64,000 bases of DNA from a bacterium (GTDB lineage Bacteria > Cyanobacteriota > Vampirovibrionia > Gastranaerophilales > Gastranaerophilaceae). The position numbers and the translations under genes were made by a program. Where the stretch lies: positions 8,534 to 72,533 of the forward strand of contig JAFQLC010000002.1 of assembly GCA_017396695.1 (NCBI GenBank), read 5' to 3'. The notes beneath the pieces are model-generated. The model did not search any database. It was not told the origin of the DNA and saw only the letters and a list, made by a program, of their open reading frames with translations. Below are positions 9,442 to 17,958 of the stretch, piece by piece. Numbering within the stretch: position 1 is the stretch's first letter; the number at the start of each line of letters is the position of its first letter.

Positions 9442-9542
9442 ATTACAAAATGTAAATTTTTCCTCAATAATCCTAAATATTATAGTTTTCCCTGCCGAAT
9501 ACGTAGTTAGTGAATAGTGTATGAATAGTGAAAGGATGTACT

Positions 9543-12500
9543 ATGATTATTACAGCGTTGGTAGTGGGAGCGGTTGCCGTAATTGGTGGAACGGTTGCGG
9601 TTAACGAAGTTAAGAATAAAAAATATGCGGACGGCGAACTCACAAAAACTGACGAGAATACTCTTCAACAGTTTGATGAGTCGGCTTTTTCTGATGAACA
9701 AAAAGCAGATTTTGAAGAGAGTGCCGAGATGTCGGTTTCCGATTATCAGAAAATTATTGCTCAAATGCAAGAAGAAATAAAAGCTAAAAAATCCGAGTTT
9801 AATGCTTCTAAAAAAGGAAGAGGTTTGCTTGGAACAATTGGCGATGGCTTTAAATCTTTATTCGGAGGTGGTTCTGGAAAAGTTAAAAGAGGAATTGAAT
9901 CTGCTGAAGAAAAATTGAATGCCTTAATTGCAAAAGGACAAGACGTTACTCTTGCTGAAATTCAGGAAGTTTATAAAGAAGTTATGGGAACTGACCTTGA
10001 TTTGGCTGCGGTTCAGGCGACAATGAGCTCAACTGATGGCACATACACAGTTAAAACACAAAATGCCGATGGCACTGTTAGTGAAGTAACTTATTCTAAA
10101 GAAGATATTGTTGCAAAAATTCAAGAAAACGCTAAAAGATTACAAGAAAAATTTGATAAAACAAAAAGCGACCAAGGTATTATTTCAAAAGGGCTTGGTT
10201 GCGTTAACAATTTTTTAGGCATTGGAACGACTGGAAATGAAGCTCAAGCGCAAATTTCTGCATTCATCGAACTCGCTGGTTCAATTAGTGCATCTGATGA
10301 TGATGCCACTTTTGCGGCGAAATTTAAGGCGATAACAGGCAATGATTTAACTGAGCAAGCAATTTCACAGTTGATGTTCGACGTTGATGCTTATATTGAA
10401 GAATATGAAAAAAATTCTTCTGTTCCTTTAACTGACCTTGAAAAAGAACAAATTAAAGACTATTACACAATGATGGGTAATAACCCAGCAAATGAAGCGA
10501 TTATGGATTACGAAAGCACTCAGGAATCTATCACCGAAGGCTTTAACATGATTGTTACAACCGCTGTTGTAATTGCAGCCGTTGCCGCTGCTCCATTTAC
10601 TGGTGGTGCTTCTATTGCTCTTGGTGCTGCAGTTGGTGCTGCAGTTAACGTTGGGCTAAATGCCACAAATGGACTTACAAGTGCTGACGGGTATTCGCTT
10701 GAAGAATGCGCAATGGATGCTATATCAGGTGCCGCAAATGGTGCACTTGCTGGCGCTGGTGGCGCTATTGCAGGCAAAGCTGCATCTGCAACTGGAAAAC
10801 TTGCACTAACAAAAGTTGGTGGTAAAGTTGTTGCAAAAGTTGGCGAAGGTGCAGTTAAGGGGGCAATTACAGGTGCTATTTATGGTGCTGGTTCATCTGC
10901 TGCAAATTATACAATCAACACGACTGTTAAAAATGAAATCATTGAAGGTGAAGTTGTTGAATCCATGGGTGAACAATGCTATGACGATGATGGTAATCCT
11001 TGTATGAGATACCCTGTTGTTGATAGAAATGGCGACTTTCTATATTATGAAATACATGTTTATGACCAAAACGGTAACTTTGTTGAAATTAAAACATCTA
11101 ACGACTTCTCGCTTGGCGGGTTGGCTTCGAGCACTGCAAGTGGCGCAGTTACGGGCGCTGTTGCCGGGGGTGTAGCAGGTAAAGCTGGCTTCCAATTGGG
11201 TCATAGCGAAGGTACAACTGCTCAAAGGCTTGCAACTGGCACTAAAATTGGTGCTATGGGTGGTGCTGCAGGCGGTGCTGCAAATGGTGTCACAAGCTGG
11301 GCACAAAGTGGCTTTGAAGGCGGACTTTCAGGGCTTACTGATTCTATGGTAGATGGCACGCTTGAAGGCGGTGTAGCTGGTGGTGCGGCTGGTTTTGCAG
11401 TTTCCGCTGGGCAAATCGCAGGTGAAAAGGCAGCGCCTAAAGTCCTAAATCATGTTGAAGGAAAATATGAACAAGCGCAAGCAAGAAAGCTTGCAGCTGA
11501 TGCAAAAGCGCCAAAAGTTGAAGGTGACGCTGATGGACCTGATGCACCAAAAACAAAAGCGCAACAAAGGGCTGACAAACGAGTTGCAAAATATGAAAAA
11601 CAATACGAAGTTCAATCTGAAAAAGTTAAAAATTACGGATATGCGGATGAAGCAAAAGCAGCCGCAGATAAAAAAGCCGAATTTGATGACAAACTTGCGA
11701 AAGGCGAAGTTGACCCTGTTGAAACCAGAATGGACAAAATTCGCTCTGCTGGTGATGATTTAGCATCAAAAGCAAAAGCTAGAAATGATGAAATGTCAAA
11801 AGCTATTAAAGAAAAAGGCGGTAAATATATTGGCAAAGCAAAAAGCGCATATGAATCCCTAAAAGGAACCGAAGGCGAAAAGAAACCAATTTCAGAACGA
11901 GTTAAATCTGCATATGAATCATTAAAAGGAGCTGATGGCGAAAAGAAACCAATTGGCGAACGCATTAAATCTGCATATAAATCACTAAAATCTGGTGGCG
12001 GCGAAAAGAAACCTATTTTAGAAAGAATTAAAGATGGATATGCTTCTGCAAAAGAGTCATCTAAGGCCACTTATGAAACTGTCAAAGCTGAAAAAGGCTT
12101 GGTAAACAAAGGAAAAGCTCTCTTTAAAATTGGAAAAGGCTCGCTAACAAGCAGGTTTTCAAAATTCCTTTCAAAATTTACAAATACAGATGCAGCTGCA
12201 ACTTCAGCTGACTCTAAATCTGCAACTGTTAAATCTTCAAGTACAACATCGACATCTTCAACATCTTCATCTTCTAAGATGTCTGATTCAGCTGCAAGGT
12301 CGCTAGAGCGAATTTCTGGCTATGACAAAACGCTTGCAAGCAAACTTGAAGGAGCTAGTATTTCAGATTCTGCACTTGCAAAAATTGAAGAAATTTTGAA
12401 AGTTAATTCTGGTAAATCTATCTCGGGAATTACTGTTAATAAAATGACAGGCGATGTATCTTTCAGAGTTGGCTCTACGCATTGCGATGTATCAGGAAAT

Positions 12501-12578
12501 AAAGTTATTTTAGATGGTTTTGATACAAGCTATGATGCTGAGATGATTAGATTCTTCCACGACCAAAAAAATATATAA
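9543..12578 (+). CDS. large orphan membrane protein: N-terminal TM anchor, coiled-coil/acidic region, Gly/Ala-rich glycine-zipper helices, Lys-rich tandem repeats, Ser/Thr-rich tract, unknown C-terminal domain
   Basis: The listed ORF begins at a GTG (9528). The ATG at 9543 has AAAGGA 6 nt upstream and starts directly with the TM helix MIITALVVGAVAVIGGTVAV. I recognise no catalytic motif. Confidence 0.7.
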   Translation: MIITALVVGAVAVIGGTVAVNEVKNKKYADGELTKTDENTLQQFDESAFSDEQKADFEESAEMSVSDYQKIIAQMQEEIKAKKSEFNASKKGRGLLGTIGDGFKSLFGGGSGKVKRGIESAEEKLNALIAKGQDVTLAEIQEVYKEVMGTDLDLAAVQATMSSTDGTYTVKTQNADGTVSEVTYSKEDIVAKIQENAKRLQEKFDKTKSDQGIISKGLGCVNNFLGIGTTGNEAQAQISAFIELAGSISASDDDATFAAKFKAITGNDLTEQAISQLMFDVDAYIEEYEKNSSVPLTDLEKEQIKDYYTMMGNNPANEAIMDYESTQESITEGFNMIVTTAVVIAAVAAAPFTGGASIALGAAVGAAVNVGLNATNGLTSADGYSLEECAMDAISGAANGALAGAGGAIAGKAASATGKLALTKVGGKVVAKVGEGAVKGAITGAIYGAGSSAANYTINTTVKNEIIEGEVVESMGEQCYDDDGNPCMRYPVVDRNGDFLYYEIHVYDQNGNFVEIKTSNDFSLGGLASSTASGAVTGAVAGGVAGKAGFQLGHSEGTTAQRLATGTKIGAMGGAAGGAANGVTSWAQSGFEGGLSGLTDSMVDGTLEGGVAGGAAGFAVSAGQIAGEKAAPKVLNHVEGKYEQAQARKLAADAKAPKVEGDADGPDAPKTKAQQRADKRVAKYEKQYEVQSEKVKNYGYADEAKAAADKKAEFDDKLAKGEVDPVETRMDKIRSAGDDLASKAKARNDEMSKAIKEKGGKYIGKAKSAYESLKGTEGEKKPISERVKSAYESLKGADGEKKPIGERIKSAYKSLKSGGGEKKPILERIKDGYASAKESSKATYETVKAEKGLVNKGKALFKIGKGSLTSRFSKFLSKFTNTDAAATSADSKSATVKSSSTTSTSSTSSSSKMSDSAARSLERISGYDKTLASKLEGASISDSALAKIEEILKVNSGKSISGITVNKMTGDVSFRVGSTHCDVSGNKVILDGFDTSYDAEMIRFFHDQKNI
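11841..12029 (+). repeat. three in-frame tandem 63-nt (21-aa) repeats, K-S-A-Y-E/K-S-L-K-G/S-x-x-G-E-K-K-P-I-x-E-R-V/I, plus a degenerate fourth unit downstream
   Basis: Units lie at 11841-11903, 11904-11966 and 11967-12029 and are read directly from the DNA. GGCGAAAAGAAACC is conserved in every unit. Confidence 0.9.
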
Positions 12579-12613
12579 AGCAATTTTTACACTGAGTATG
12601 TTTTAATTAATAT

Positions 12614-13519
12614 ATGAAGTGTGAAGGATTGAATTCAAAAAATACTATTGCTCATTTTAAGGGAAATGACCCTCAAAGTGGGCAATATTATTATTCCCAA
12701 ACGACAACTAATCCTTATGCGCAAAACAATCCTGATACTTTTAATTATTCAAATAATTCAATTCCACCTTCTAAAAACAATGCAAATGATGAATCTCGCC
12801 TTGAGAAAAATCCAGTTGGCTCACTTGCGGGCCTTGGAATTTTGCAAGCTATTTCCATGGGGCTGCAAAAATTATCTCAAGTTTGCGCTTACAAGCTTTC
12901 TGCTGGAAAAGAATTTGCTGAAAGCGCAACAGTTAAAAGAATTGCAGAGAATATGAAATCTAAAAATGGACTTGATACTGCAATCGAATATATAACGCCT
13001 GAAAATATGAACAGAATTGGCGCTAAATATGGTGTTAATGGATTACTAGAGCAAGTTGCAAAAGGTCAAAACGCTTTCTTTATGGATTCAAGAAAGCTGG
13101 CAGTTGCTCCCGAGGCGAAACCTTCTTTGATTTTACATGAACTAGGGCACGCAATAAACGCCAAAAAACCCTTTACTAAGTTTTTGCAAAACACCAGAAG
13201 ATTTGCTCCTTATGCACCAACTGCAATTTTATTTGCAACTCAGCTTATGCCTAATAAAAAAGATGGTAAACCAAGTTTTGTTAAAAAATATGGCGGTTTG
13301 CTTGGGTTTGCAGCATTTTTACCAACAATAATTGAAGAAGCGCTTGCATCTTTCAGGGGAATTAAAGCTGCAAAAGGAGCAATTGGAAAATCTCCTGCGT
13401 TAAAAACGCTCACTAAAAATTATGGTTTTGCGCTTGCAACATATATAATTTCAGGTATTGCGCTAGGTGTTTCAACCAAAATGGCGCAAAAAGAACGAGA
13501 AGCAGGAATTATTTTATAA
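12614..13519 (+). CDS. putative membrane zinc metallopeptidase, divergent YugP-like (HExxH)
   Basis: HELGH motif (LILHELGHAINAKKP) is followed by hydrophobic helices and LPTIIEEALASFRG, which is reminiscent of the YugP-family TLPVEFDAS third-ligand region. The N-terminus is Asn/Gln/Tyr-rich and low-complexity. The start lies 35 nt after the upstream stop. Confidence 0.5.
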   Translation: MKCEGLNSKNTIAHFKGNDPQSGQYYYSQTTTNPYAQNNPDTFNYSNNSIPPSKNNANDESRLEKNPVGSLAGLGILQAISMGLQKLSQVCAYKLSAGKEFAESATVKRIAENMKSKNGLDTAIEYITPENMNRIGAKYGVNGLLEQVAKGQNAFFMDSRKLAVAPEAKPSLILHELGHAINAKKPFTKFLQNTRRFAPYAPTAILFATQLMPNKKDGKPSFVKKYGGLLGFAAFLPTIIEEALASFRGIKAAKGAIGKSPALKTLTKNYGFALATYIISGIALGVSTKMAQKEREAGIIL

Positions 13520-13521
13520 TT

Positions 13522-13555
13522 AAAAAAGGCGGAAAATTAATTCCCGCCTTTTGTT
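13522..13555. terminator. bidirectional terminator between convergent genes
   Basis: AAAAAA-GGCGG-aaaattaattc-CCGCC-TTTT; an A-run and a T-run flank a short GC stem. Confidence 0.55.
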
Positions 13556-13571
13556 TATATTAAGCTTTAGC

Positions 13572-14534
13572 TTATTTGTCGTCTGCGTGACCTGCTGTGC
13601 CCAATACATCTACCATTTTATGTTTAACCATTTCTTTAACAGCTGTTCTTCCTGGTCCCATATATTCTCTTGGGTCGAATTTTTCTGGGTGTTCAACGAA
13701 GAATTCTCTGATTGTAGATGTCATTGCAAGTCTTAAGTCGGTATCGATGTTGATTTTTGCAACACCATTTTTAGATGCATAAGCTAGCATATCTTCTGGA
13801 ACACCTTGTGCGTTTGGAAGTTTGCCGCCAAATTGGTTGCATTTAGCAACAAATTCAGCAGGAACTGAAGATGAACCGTGAAGAACGATTGGGTAATCGC
13901 CAAAACCAGCTTCTTTAAGTGCATCTTTAATTTCTTTTAATCTTTCGAAATCAAGTTTAGCTTCGCCAGCGAATTTGTATGCGCCGTGTGAAGTACCAAT
14001 TGCGATTGCAAGTGAGTCACAACCTGTTTGTTTGACAAATTCAACAGCTTCAGCAACGTTTGTATATTTAGCATCTTTAGCATCAACTTTAACATCGTCT
14101 TCAACGCCTGCTAATTTACCAAGCTCAGCTTCAACTGAAACTCCTCTTTCGTGAGCATATTCAACAACTTTTTTAGTTAGTGCTACGTTTTCTTCGAATG
14201 GGAATCTAGAACCATCAATCATAACTGATGAGAAACCGCCATCGATACATGCTTTACAAATTTCGAAATCTGCACCGTGGTCTAAGTGAAGTGCGATAGG
14301 TACTGTTGTTGTAGCTAATGCTGCTTCAACAAGTTTAATTAAATATGTTTGGTTAGCGTATTTTCTTGCACCAGCCGAAACTTGCAAAATGATTGGCGAG
14401 CGAGTTTCTTCAGCTGCTTCTGCAATTGCTTGTAGAATTTCCATGTTGTTTACGTTGTAAGCACCGATAGCATAGCCGCCAGCAAGCGCTTTTTTGAACA
14501 TTTCGTTTGTTCCAACTAATTTTCTTTCAGTCAT
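13572..14534 (-). CDS. fba: class II fructose-1,6-bisphosphate aldolase
   Basis: 320 aa. Motifs GYAIGAYNVNNME, PIALHLDHG, GFSSVMIDGS, IGTSHGAYKF and VLHGSSSVP are class II FBA signatures. RBS AAGGAG. Confidence 0.92.
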   Translation of the reverse strand: MTERKLVGTNEMFKKALAGGYAIGAYNVNNMEILQAIAEAAEETRSPIILQVSAGARKYANQTYLIKLVEAALATTTVPIALHLDHGADFEICKACIDGGFSSVMIDGSRFPFEENVALTKKVVEYAHERGVSVEAELGKLAGVEDDVKVDAKDAKYTNVAEAVEFVKQTGCDSLAIAIGTSHGAYKFAGEAKLDFERLKEIKDALKEAGFGDYPIVLHGSSSVPAEFVAKCNQFGGKLPNAQGVPEDMLAYASKNGVAKINIDTDLRLAMTSTIREFFVEHPEKFDPREYMGPGRTAVKEMVKHKMVDVLGTAGHADDK

Positions 14535-14614
14535 ATTTAACTCCTTTTTGAATAACCGTATGCCTCTAATTTATAACAAAAATTATTTTTAATCAATTAA
14601 TACTGAAATAATCA

Positions 14615-14641
14615 ATAAAAAAGGCGAAGTTTTGCTTCGCC
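14615..14641 (-). terminator. Rho-independent terminator after the 128-aa gene
   Basis: On the minus strand: GGCGAAG-caaaa-CTTCGCC followed by T6. Confidence 0.75.
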
Positions 14642-14665
14642 TTCATTTCTATTAAATAGATTCTA

Positions 14666-15052
14666 TTAGCATTTAACCGCTTTTCCGCTCTCATCTAGCT
14701 TATAGCCATCTTTAACGGCCAAAAACTTATCGTGGTCAATGTCATGTTCCCAGTGGAAACCTTTTTTTGGTTGTTCACCCAATTTTGGTTCATACATTAA
14801 ACCTGCTTGTGCTTTTTGAATTTGTGCATATGCTGCAAAATTTTCTGCACTTGGTTTTGTTGCACAAGATACTGCATTACCATCCCCATCTAGTTTATAA
14901 CCGTTTTTAACGGCCAAAAACTTATCGTGGTCAATGTCATGTTCCCAGTGGTAACCTTTTTTTGGTTGTTCATCTAATTTTGGTTCATACATCAAGCCTG
15001 ATGCTTTGCCATTTCCTGAACCGATACCGAAGCTAACTTTTGAAATATTCAT
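14666..15052 (-). CDS. small orphan protein made of two ~45-aa repeats rich in His/Asp, each ending in Cys
   Basis: Strong RBS (AAGGAAGGA). The translation shows GLMYEPKL[DG]EQPKKG[YF]HWEHDIDHDKFLAVK[ND]GYKLD..G.AV.C twice. There is no signal peptide or TM segment. Confidence 0.7.
   Translation of the reverse strand: MNISKVSFGIGSGNGKASGLMYEPKLDEQPKKGYHWEHDIDHDKFLAVKNGYKLDGDGNAVSCATKPSAENFAAYAQIQKAQAGLMYEPKLGEQPKKGFHWEHDIDHDKFLAVKDGYKLDESGKAVKC
14669..14998 (-). repeat. intragenic direct duplication: two 135-nt units (14669-14803 and 14864-14998) with a 195-nt period
   Basis: The identical 45-nt core TTAACGGCCAAAAACTTATCGTGGTCAATGTCATGTTCCCAGTGG occurs at about 14712 and about 14907. The flanks are near-identical. 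Confidence 0.9.
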
Positions 15053-15137
15053 ACCTATTTCCTTCCTTTATGTTTGCATTTTCTATATAACCTCTAAAGA
15101 AAGAAACTTGCGCTTTTGTTAAGAAAAGTTAATTAGA

Positions 15138-15662
15138 TTATAGGTTAATCCATTGATACAGGTCACATGCGAGTTTTTCAGTGTTTTTGACAAGTTCTTC
15201 GTATGTTCCGTTATTTTGGATTATATAGTTCCAATCTTTGTAATTATCAAGAGCGGTTTCTGTGTCGTCATTTCCACTTACAATTGTTCCTCTTTTTGCT
15301 CTAATTTCTTCATCTGCATCAACCCTTATAAGATAAGCCCCGCTTCCTGCAAGCACTTGTGCCTCGTGAACTACTCTTAAATCTGGAACAATTAAATTTC
15401 CTTCCATATTAATAATTGTTTTGAGCCAGTAATCTGGGTGAATTCCCCTTCCCCAGTTGCCAAGCGCAATTAAATCAGCTCTGTATAAATGTTTATTCTT
15501 TTCTATTTCTTCAAAAGTTAGTCCATGTTTTTTGCCATATTCAATTTTGATTGCATCGCCAATTCCAATTCTCTTAAAGTCTTTGAATGTTTCAAGTAAG
15601 ATTTTTGCAACAGTATCTTTGCCTGAATATTGTTTGCCTGAAAGCCCGATTATCTTTGCCAT
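15138..15662 (-). CDS. P-loop kinase of the phosphomevalonate-kinase (animal type) / phage dNMP-kinase-like family
   Basis: GLSGKQYSGKDTVA matches the SGKRKSGKD P-loop of PMVK and T4 gp1. GDAIKIEYGKKHGLTFEEI, VPDLRVVHE, IRVDADEEIRAKRG and DDTETALDNYKDWNYIIQNNG parallel human PMVK segments ([60 protein letters not shown]). Confidence 0.6.
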   Translation of the reverse strand: MAKIIGLSGKQYSGKDTVAKILLETFKDFKRIGIGDAIKIEYGKKHGLTFEEIEKNKHLYRADLIALGNWGRGIHPDYWLKTIINMEGNLIVPDLRVVHEAQVLAGSGAYLIRVDADEEIRAKRGTIVSGNDDTETALDNYKDWNYIIQNNGTYEELVKNTEKLACDLYQWINL

Positions 15663-15816
15663 AAGAACCTTTCTATTATTTCCTTCAACTTTTTAATTGT
15701 AACATATTTTTCAAAAAACTTAACAAATATTTACAAATATGAAATAAAAAGGCAATTATTTTGAACAATATTTTTTTATTAATGAGAGAGAACAAAAAAA
15801 CATGAGGTAGAGAAAA

Positions 15817-16302
15817 ATGGGCTGGGTAACTTACTCAATCAGAAAGAAAACATTAAAGGCTAGAAGACAAAGTCTGAATTATCGTTTAATGCAAATCCAG
15901 TCTGAGCTTCAAGCTTTCCAGAGTATGAAAAGTTATAAAGCTGAAATGCTTGCAACTAATAAACAACAAATTATGACAAACATTGATAATAAATATAATT
16001 CAATTATCAATTCTTTATCAAGACAAGCAACAAATTCAAGTAATAACGAAAAAACTCAAAATCAAATTAACCAACAAATTACTGAATATCAACAACAACA
16101 AAAAACTGAACAACAATATTATGAATCTTTATTCACAAGAATGGAGCAACAACAAACAAGAGAAGCCCAAAGAAAAGAACAATATTTAGAAATGCAACAA
16201 GAAGATATTAACACTCAACTTGAAGCTGCAAAAGCTGAATATGATCAATACAAACAAGCAATTTCAGATAGCATTGAAGAAGGTGCAATTCAATTAAGAT
16301 AA
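15817..16302 (+). CDS. Gln/Asn-rich coiled-coil orphan protein
   Basis: 161 aa, RBS GAGG. Heptad-like Q/E/K-rich sequence with no TM segment and no recognisable domain. Confidence 0.6.
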   Translation: MGWVTYSIRKKTLKARRQSLNYRLMQIQSELQAFQSMKSYKAEMLATNKQQIMTNIDNKYNSIINSLSRQATNSSNNEKTQNQINQQITEYQQQQKTEQQYYESLFTRMEQQQTREAQRKEQYLEMQQEDINTQLEAAKAEYDQYKQAISDSIEEGAIQLR

Positions 16303-16345
16303 CGAGTTAAGTAAGTTTAATATGGATAGGGAAAAGGAAAAGTTT

Positions 16346-16371
16346 AGGCTCAAGTTTTTGAGCCTTTTTTA
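16346..16371 (+). terminator. Rho-independent terminator
   Basis: AGGCTCAA-gttt-TTGAGCCT followed by T6. Confidence 0.8.
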
Positions 16372-16372
16372 T

Positions 16373-16401
16373 TTGCAAAAACTATATGTGTGAAATATAA
16401 T
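16373..16401 (+). promoter_or_regulatory. sigma70-type promoter for the rml operon
   Basis: TTGCAA (16373-16378), a 17-nt spacer, then TATAAT (16396-16401), about 30 nt upstream of the rmlC ATG. Confidence 0.55.
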
Positions 16402-16432
16402 ACTTCCGTTAGTTTATTTTTGCGTTTTTTAT

Positions 16433-16981
16433 ATGGGTTTTAAATTTACTAAATTAGAAATCGACGGACTTGTTATTGCTGAACCTGATGTGTTCGCTGA
16501 TAATCGTGGTTTTTTTATGGAAACTTATAAAAAAAGTTTATTTTCGACTAACGGTATCGAAGTTGAATTTTCACAAGATAATCACTCTTATTCTAAAGAA
16601 GGTGTACTTCGTGGACTTCATTTTCAAAAAGAACCATATGGACAAGATAAGCTCGTTCGCTGTATAAAAGGCGAAATTTATGATGTTGCAGTTGATTTAA
16701 GAAAAAATTCACCAACTTTTGGAAAATGGTATGGTTTGAATTTAAGTGAAGAAAACAAAAAAATGTTTTATATCCCAAGAGGATTCGCACATGGGTTCTA
16801 TGTACTATCGGAAACTGCTGAAGTTTCTTATAAGGTAAGCGGGGAATATGTGCCAAGCGCTAATTGTGGTGTTTTGTGGAATGACCCCGAAATTGGAATT
16901 GATTGGGGTGTAATTAAACCAATTTTATCTGAACAAGATGCAAAATGGCCAACACTTGCAGAGATTAAGGAGCAATTATGA
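16433..16981 (+). CDS. rfbC: dTDP-4-dehydrorhamnose 3,5-epimerase
   Basis: 182 aa. DNRGFFMETY, RGLHFQ, KLVRCIKGEIYDVAVDLR and IPRGFAHGF are RmlC signatures. Confidence 0.92.
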   Translation: MGFKFTKLEIDGLVIAEPDVFADNRGFFMETYKKSLFSTNGIEVEFSQDNHSYSKEGVLRGLHFQKEPYGQDKLVRCIKGEIYDVAVDLRKNSPTFGKWYGLNLSEENKKMFYIPRGFAHGFYVLSETAEVSYKVSGEYVPSANCGVLWNDPEIGIDWGVIKPILSEQDAKWPTLAEIKEQL

Positions 16982-17958
16982 AAATATTAGTTACAGGCGG
17001 TGCAGGGTTTATCGGAAGTTGTTTTGTGCGCCATGTGCTTAAAAAGCACCCAGATTATAAAATTATAAATCTAGATGCGCTAACTTATTGCGGGAATTTA
17101 GATAATTTGAATGATTTAAAAGATAATCCTAATCATACTTTTGTGCATGGAAATATTTGTGATAGAGCTCTTGCTGAAGAGTTAATTTCCGAAGTGGATT
17201 GTGTTGTAAATTTTGCAGCGGAATCGCACGTTGATAATTCCATTAAACATCCTGAAATCTTTGTTGAAACAAATGTTCAGGGCACTTTGAATTTGCTTCA
17301 AGTTTCAAAAGAATTAGGAGTTGAAAGATTTTTGCAAGTTTCAACAGATGAAGTCTATGGGACTTTAGGTAAAACTGGTTATTTTTATGAAACAACACCG
17401 CTTGCTCCAAATAGCCCATATTCTGCTTCAAAAGCAAGTGCTGATATGCTTGTTCGGGCGTATTATGAAACATATAAAATGCCAGTTTTGAACACTCGTT
17501 GTTCAAATAATTATGGACCATATCAATATCCTGAAAAACTTATTCCATTCTTTATTTCTCAGCTTTTAAAGGGCGAAAAAGTGCCCGTTTATGGCGACGG
17601 TTTAAATGTTCGTGATTGGTTATATGTTTATGACCATTGCGAAGCGATAGATGTTGTGCTCCATAAAGGTCGTGTTGGCGAAGTTTATAACATTGGCGGA
17701 CATAATGAAAAAACCAACCTTGAAATTACGCATTTGATTTTAGATGCTATGGGTCGTGATGAAAGCTCGATTAAATATGTTGAAGATAGATTAGGGCACG
17801 ATAGGCGTTATGCAATTTCAAACGATAAAATCACATCTGAGCTTGGTTGGGCGCCTTCAATTACCTTTGAAGAAGGTATTAAACTTACAATAGATTGGTA
17901 TTTAAATAATCAAGATTGGATGAAGGCGATTGAAGCTAAGAGAGCGAGTCTGGTTTGA
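16978..17958 (+). CDS. rfbB: dTDP-glucose 4,6-dehydratase
   Basis: ILVTGGAGFIGS, the YSASKASADMLVRAY (YxxxK) motif and RCSNNYGPYQYPEKLIP are typical of RmlB. Overlaps rfbC by 4 nt. Confidence 0.92.
   Translation: MKILVTGGAGFIGSCFVRHVLKKHPDYKIINLDALTYCGNLDNLNDLKDNPNHTFVHGNICDRALAEELISEVDCVVNFAAESHVDNSIKHPEIFVETNVQGTLNLLQVSKELGVERFLQVSTDEVYGTLGKTGYFYETTPLAPNSPYSASKASADMLVRAYYETYKMPVLNTRCSNNYGPYQYPEKLIPFFISQLLKGEKVPVYGDGLNVRDWLYVYDHCEAIDVVLHKGRVGEVYNIGGHNEKTNLEITHLILDAMGRDESSIKYVEDRLGHDRRYAISNDKITSELGWAPSITFEEGIKLTIDWYLNNQDWMKAIEAKRASLV

Noticed and set aside
9511-9530. Direct repeat TGAATAGTG x2 (9511-9519 and 9522-9530) just upstream of the 1011-aa gene's RBS
   Set aside because: The element is very short and has only two copies, in an AT-rich leader. 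A regulatory role cannot be supported without comparative data.
10960-11100. YDQNGN / DRNGDFLYY segment as RHS/YD-repeat toxin evidence
   Set aside because: Only one or two YD-like tripeptides are present, not an array. There is no RHS core or C-terminal toxin signature.
10520-12070. Antisense ORFs inside the 1011-aa gene (10520..10777, 11040..11306, 11633..12070, all minus) and the +-strand alternate-frame ORFs at 10816..11007 and 11452..11763
   Set aside because: They mirror the Gly/Ala-rich and repeat regions of the long sense ORF (giving Pro/Ala/Ser-rich translations) and have no RBS. This is typical shadow-ORF behaviour.
14666-15052. The duplicated small protein as a multi-core RiPP precursor (cyanobactin-like)
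   Set aside because: The repeated units are 45-65 aa, far longer than typical core peptides. There are no adjacent proteases, cyclodehydratases, radical-SAM enzymes or transporters. The neighbours are fba and a P-loop kinase.
15138-15662. The PMVK-like gene as evidence for a mevalonate pathway
   Set aside because: No other mevalonate-pathway gene is in the window, and the family also includes phage dNMP kinases. The substrate cannot be inferred from sequence alone.
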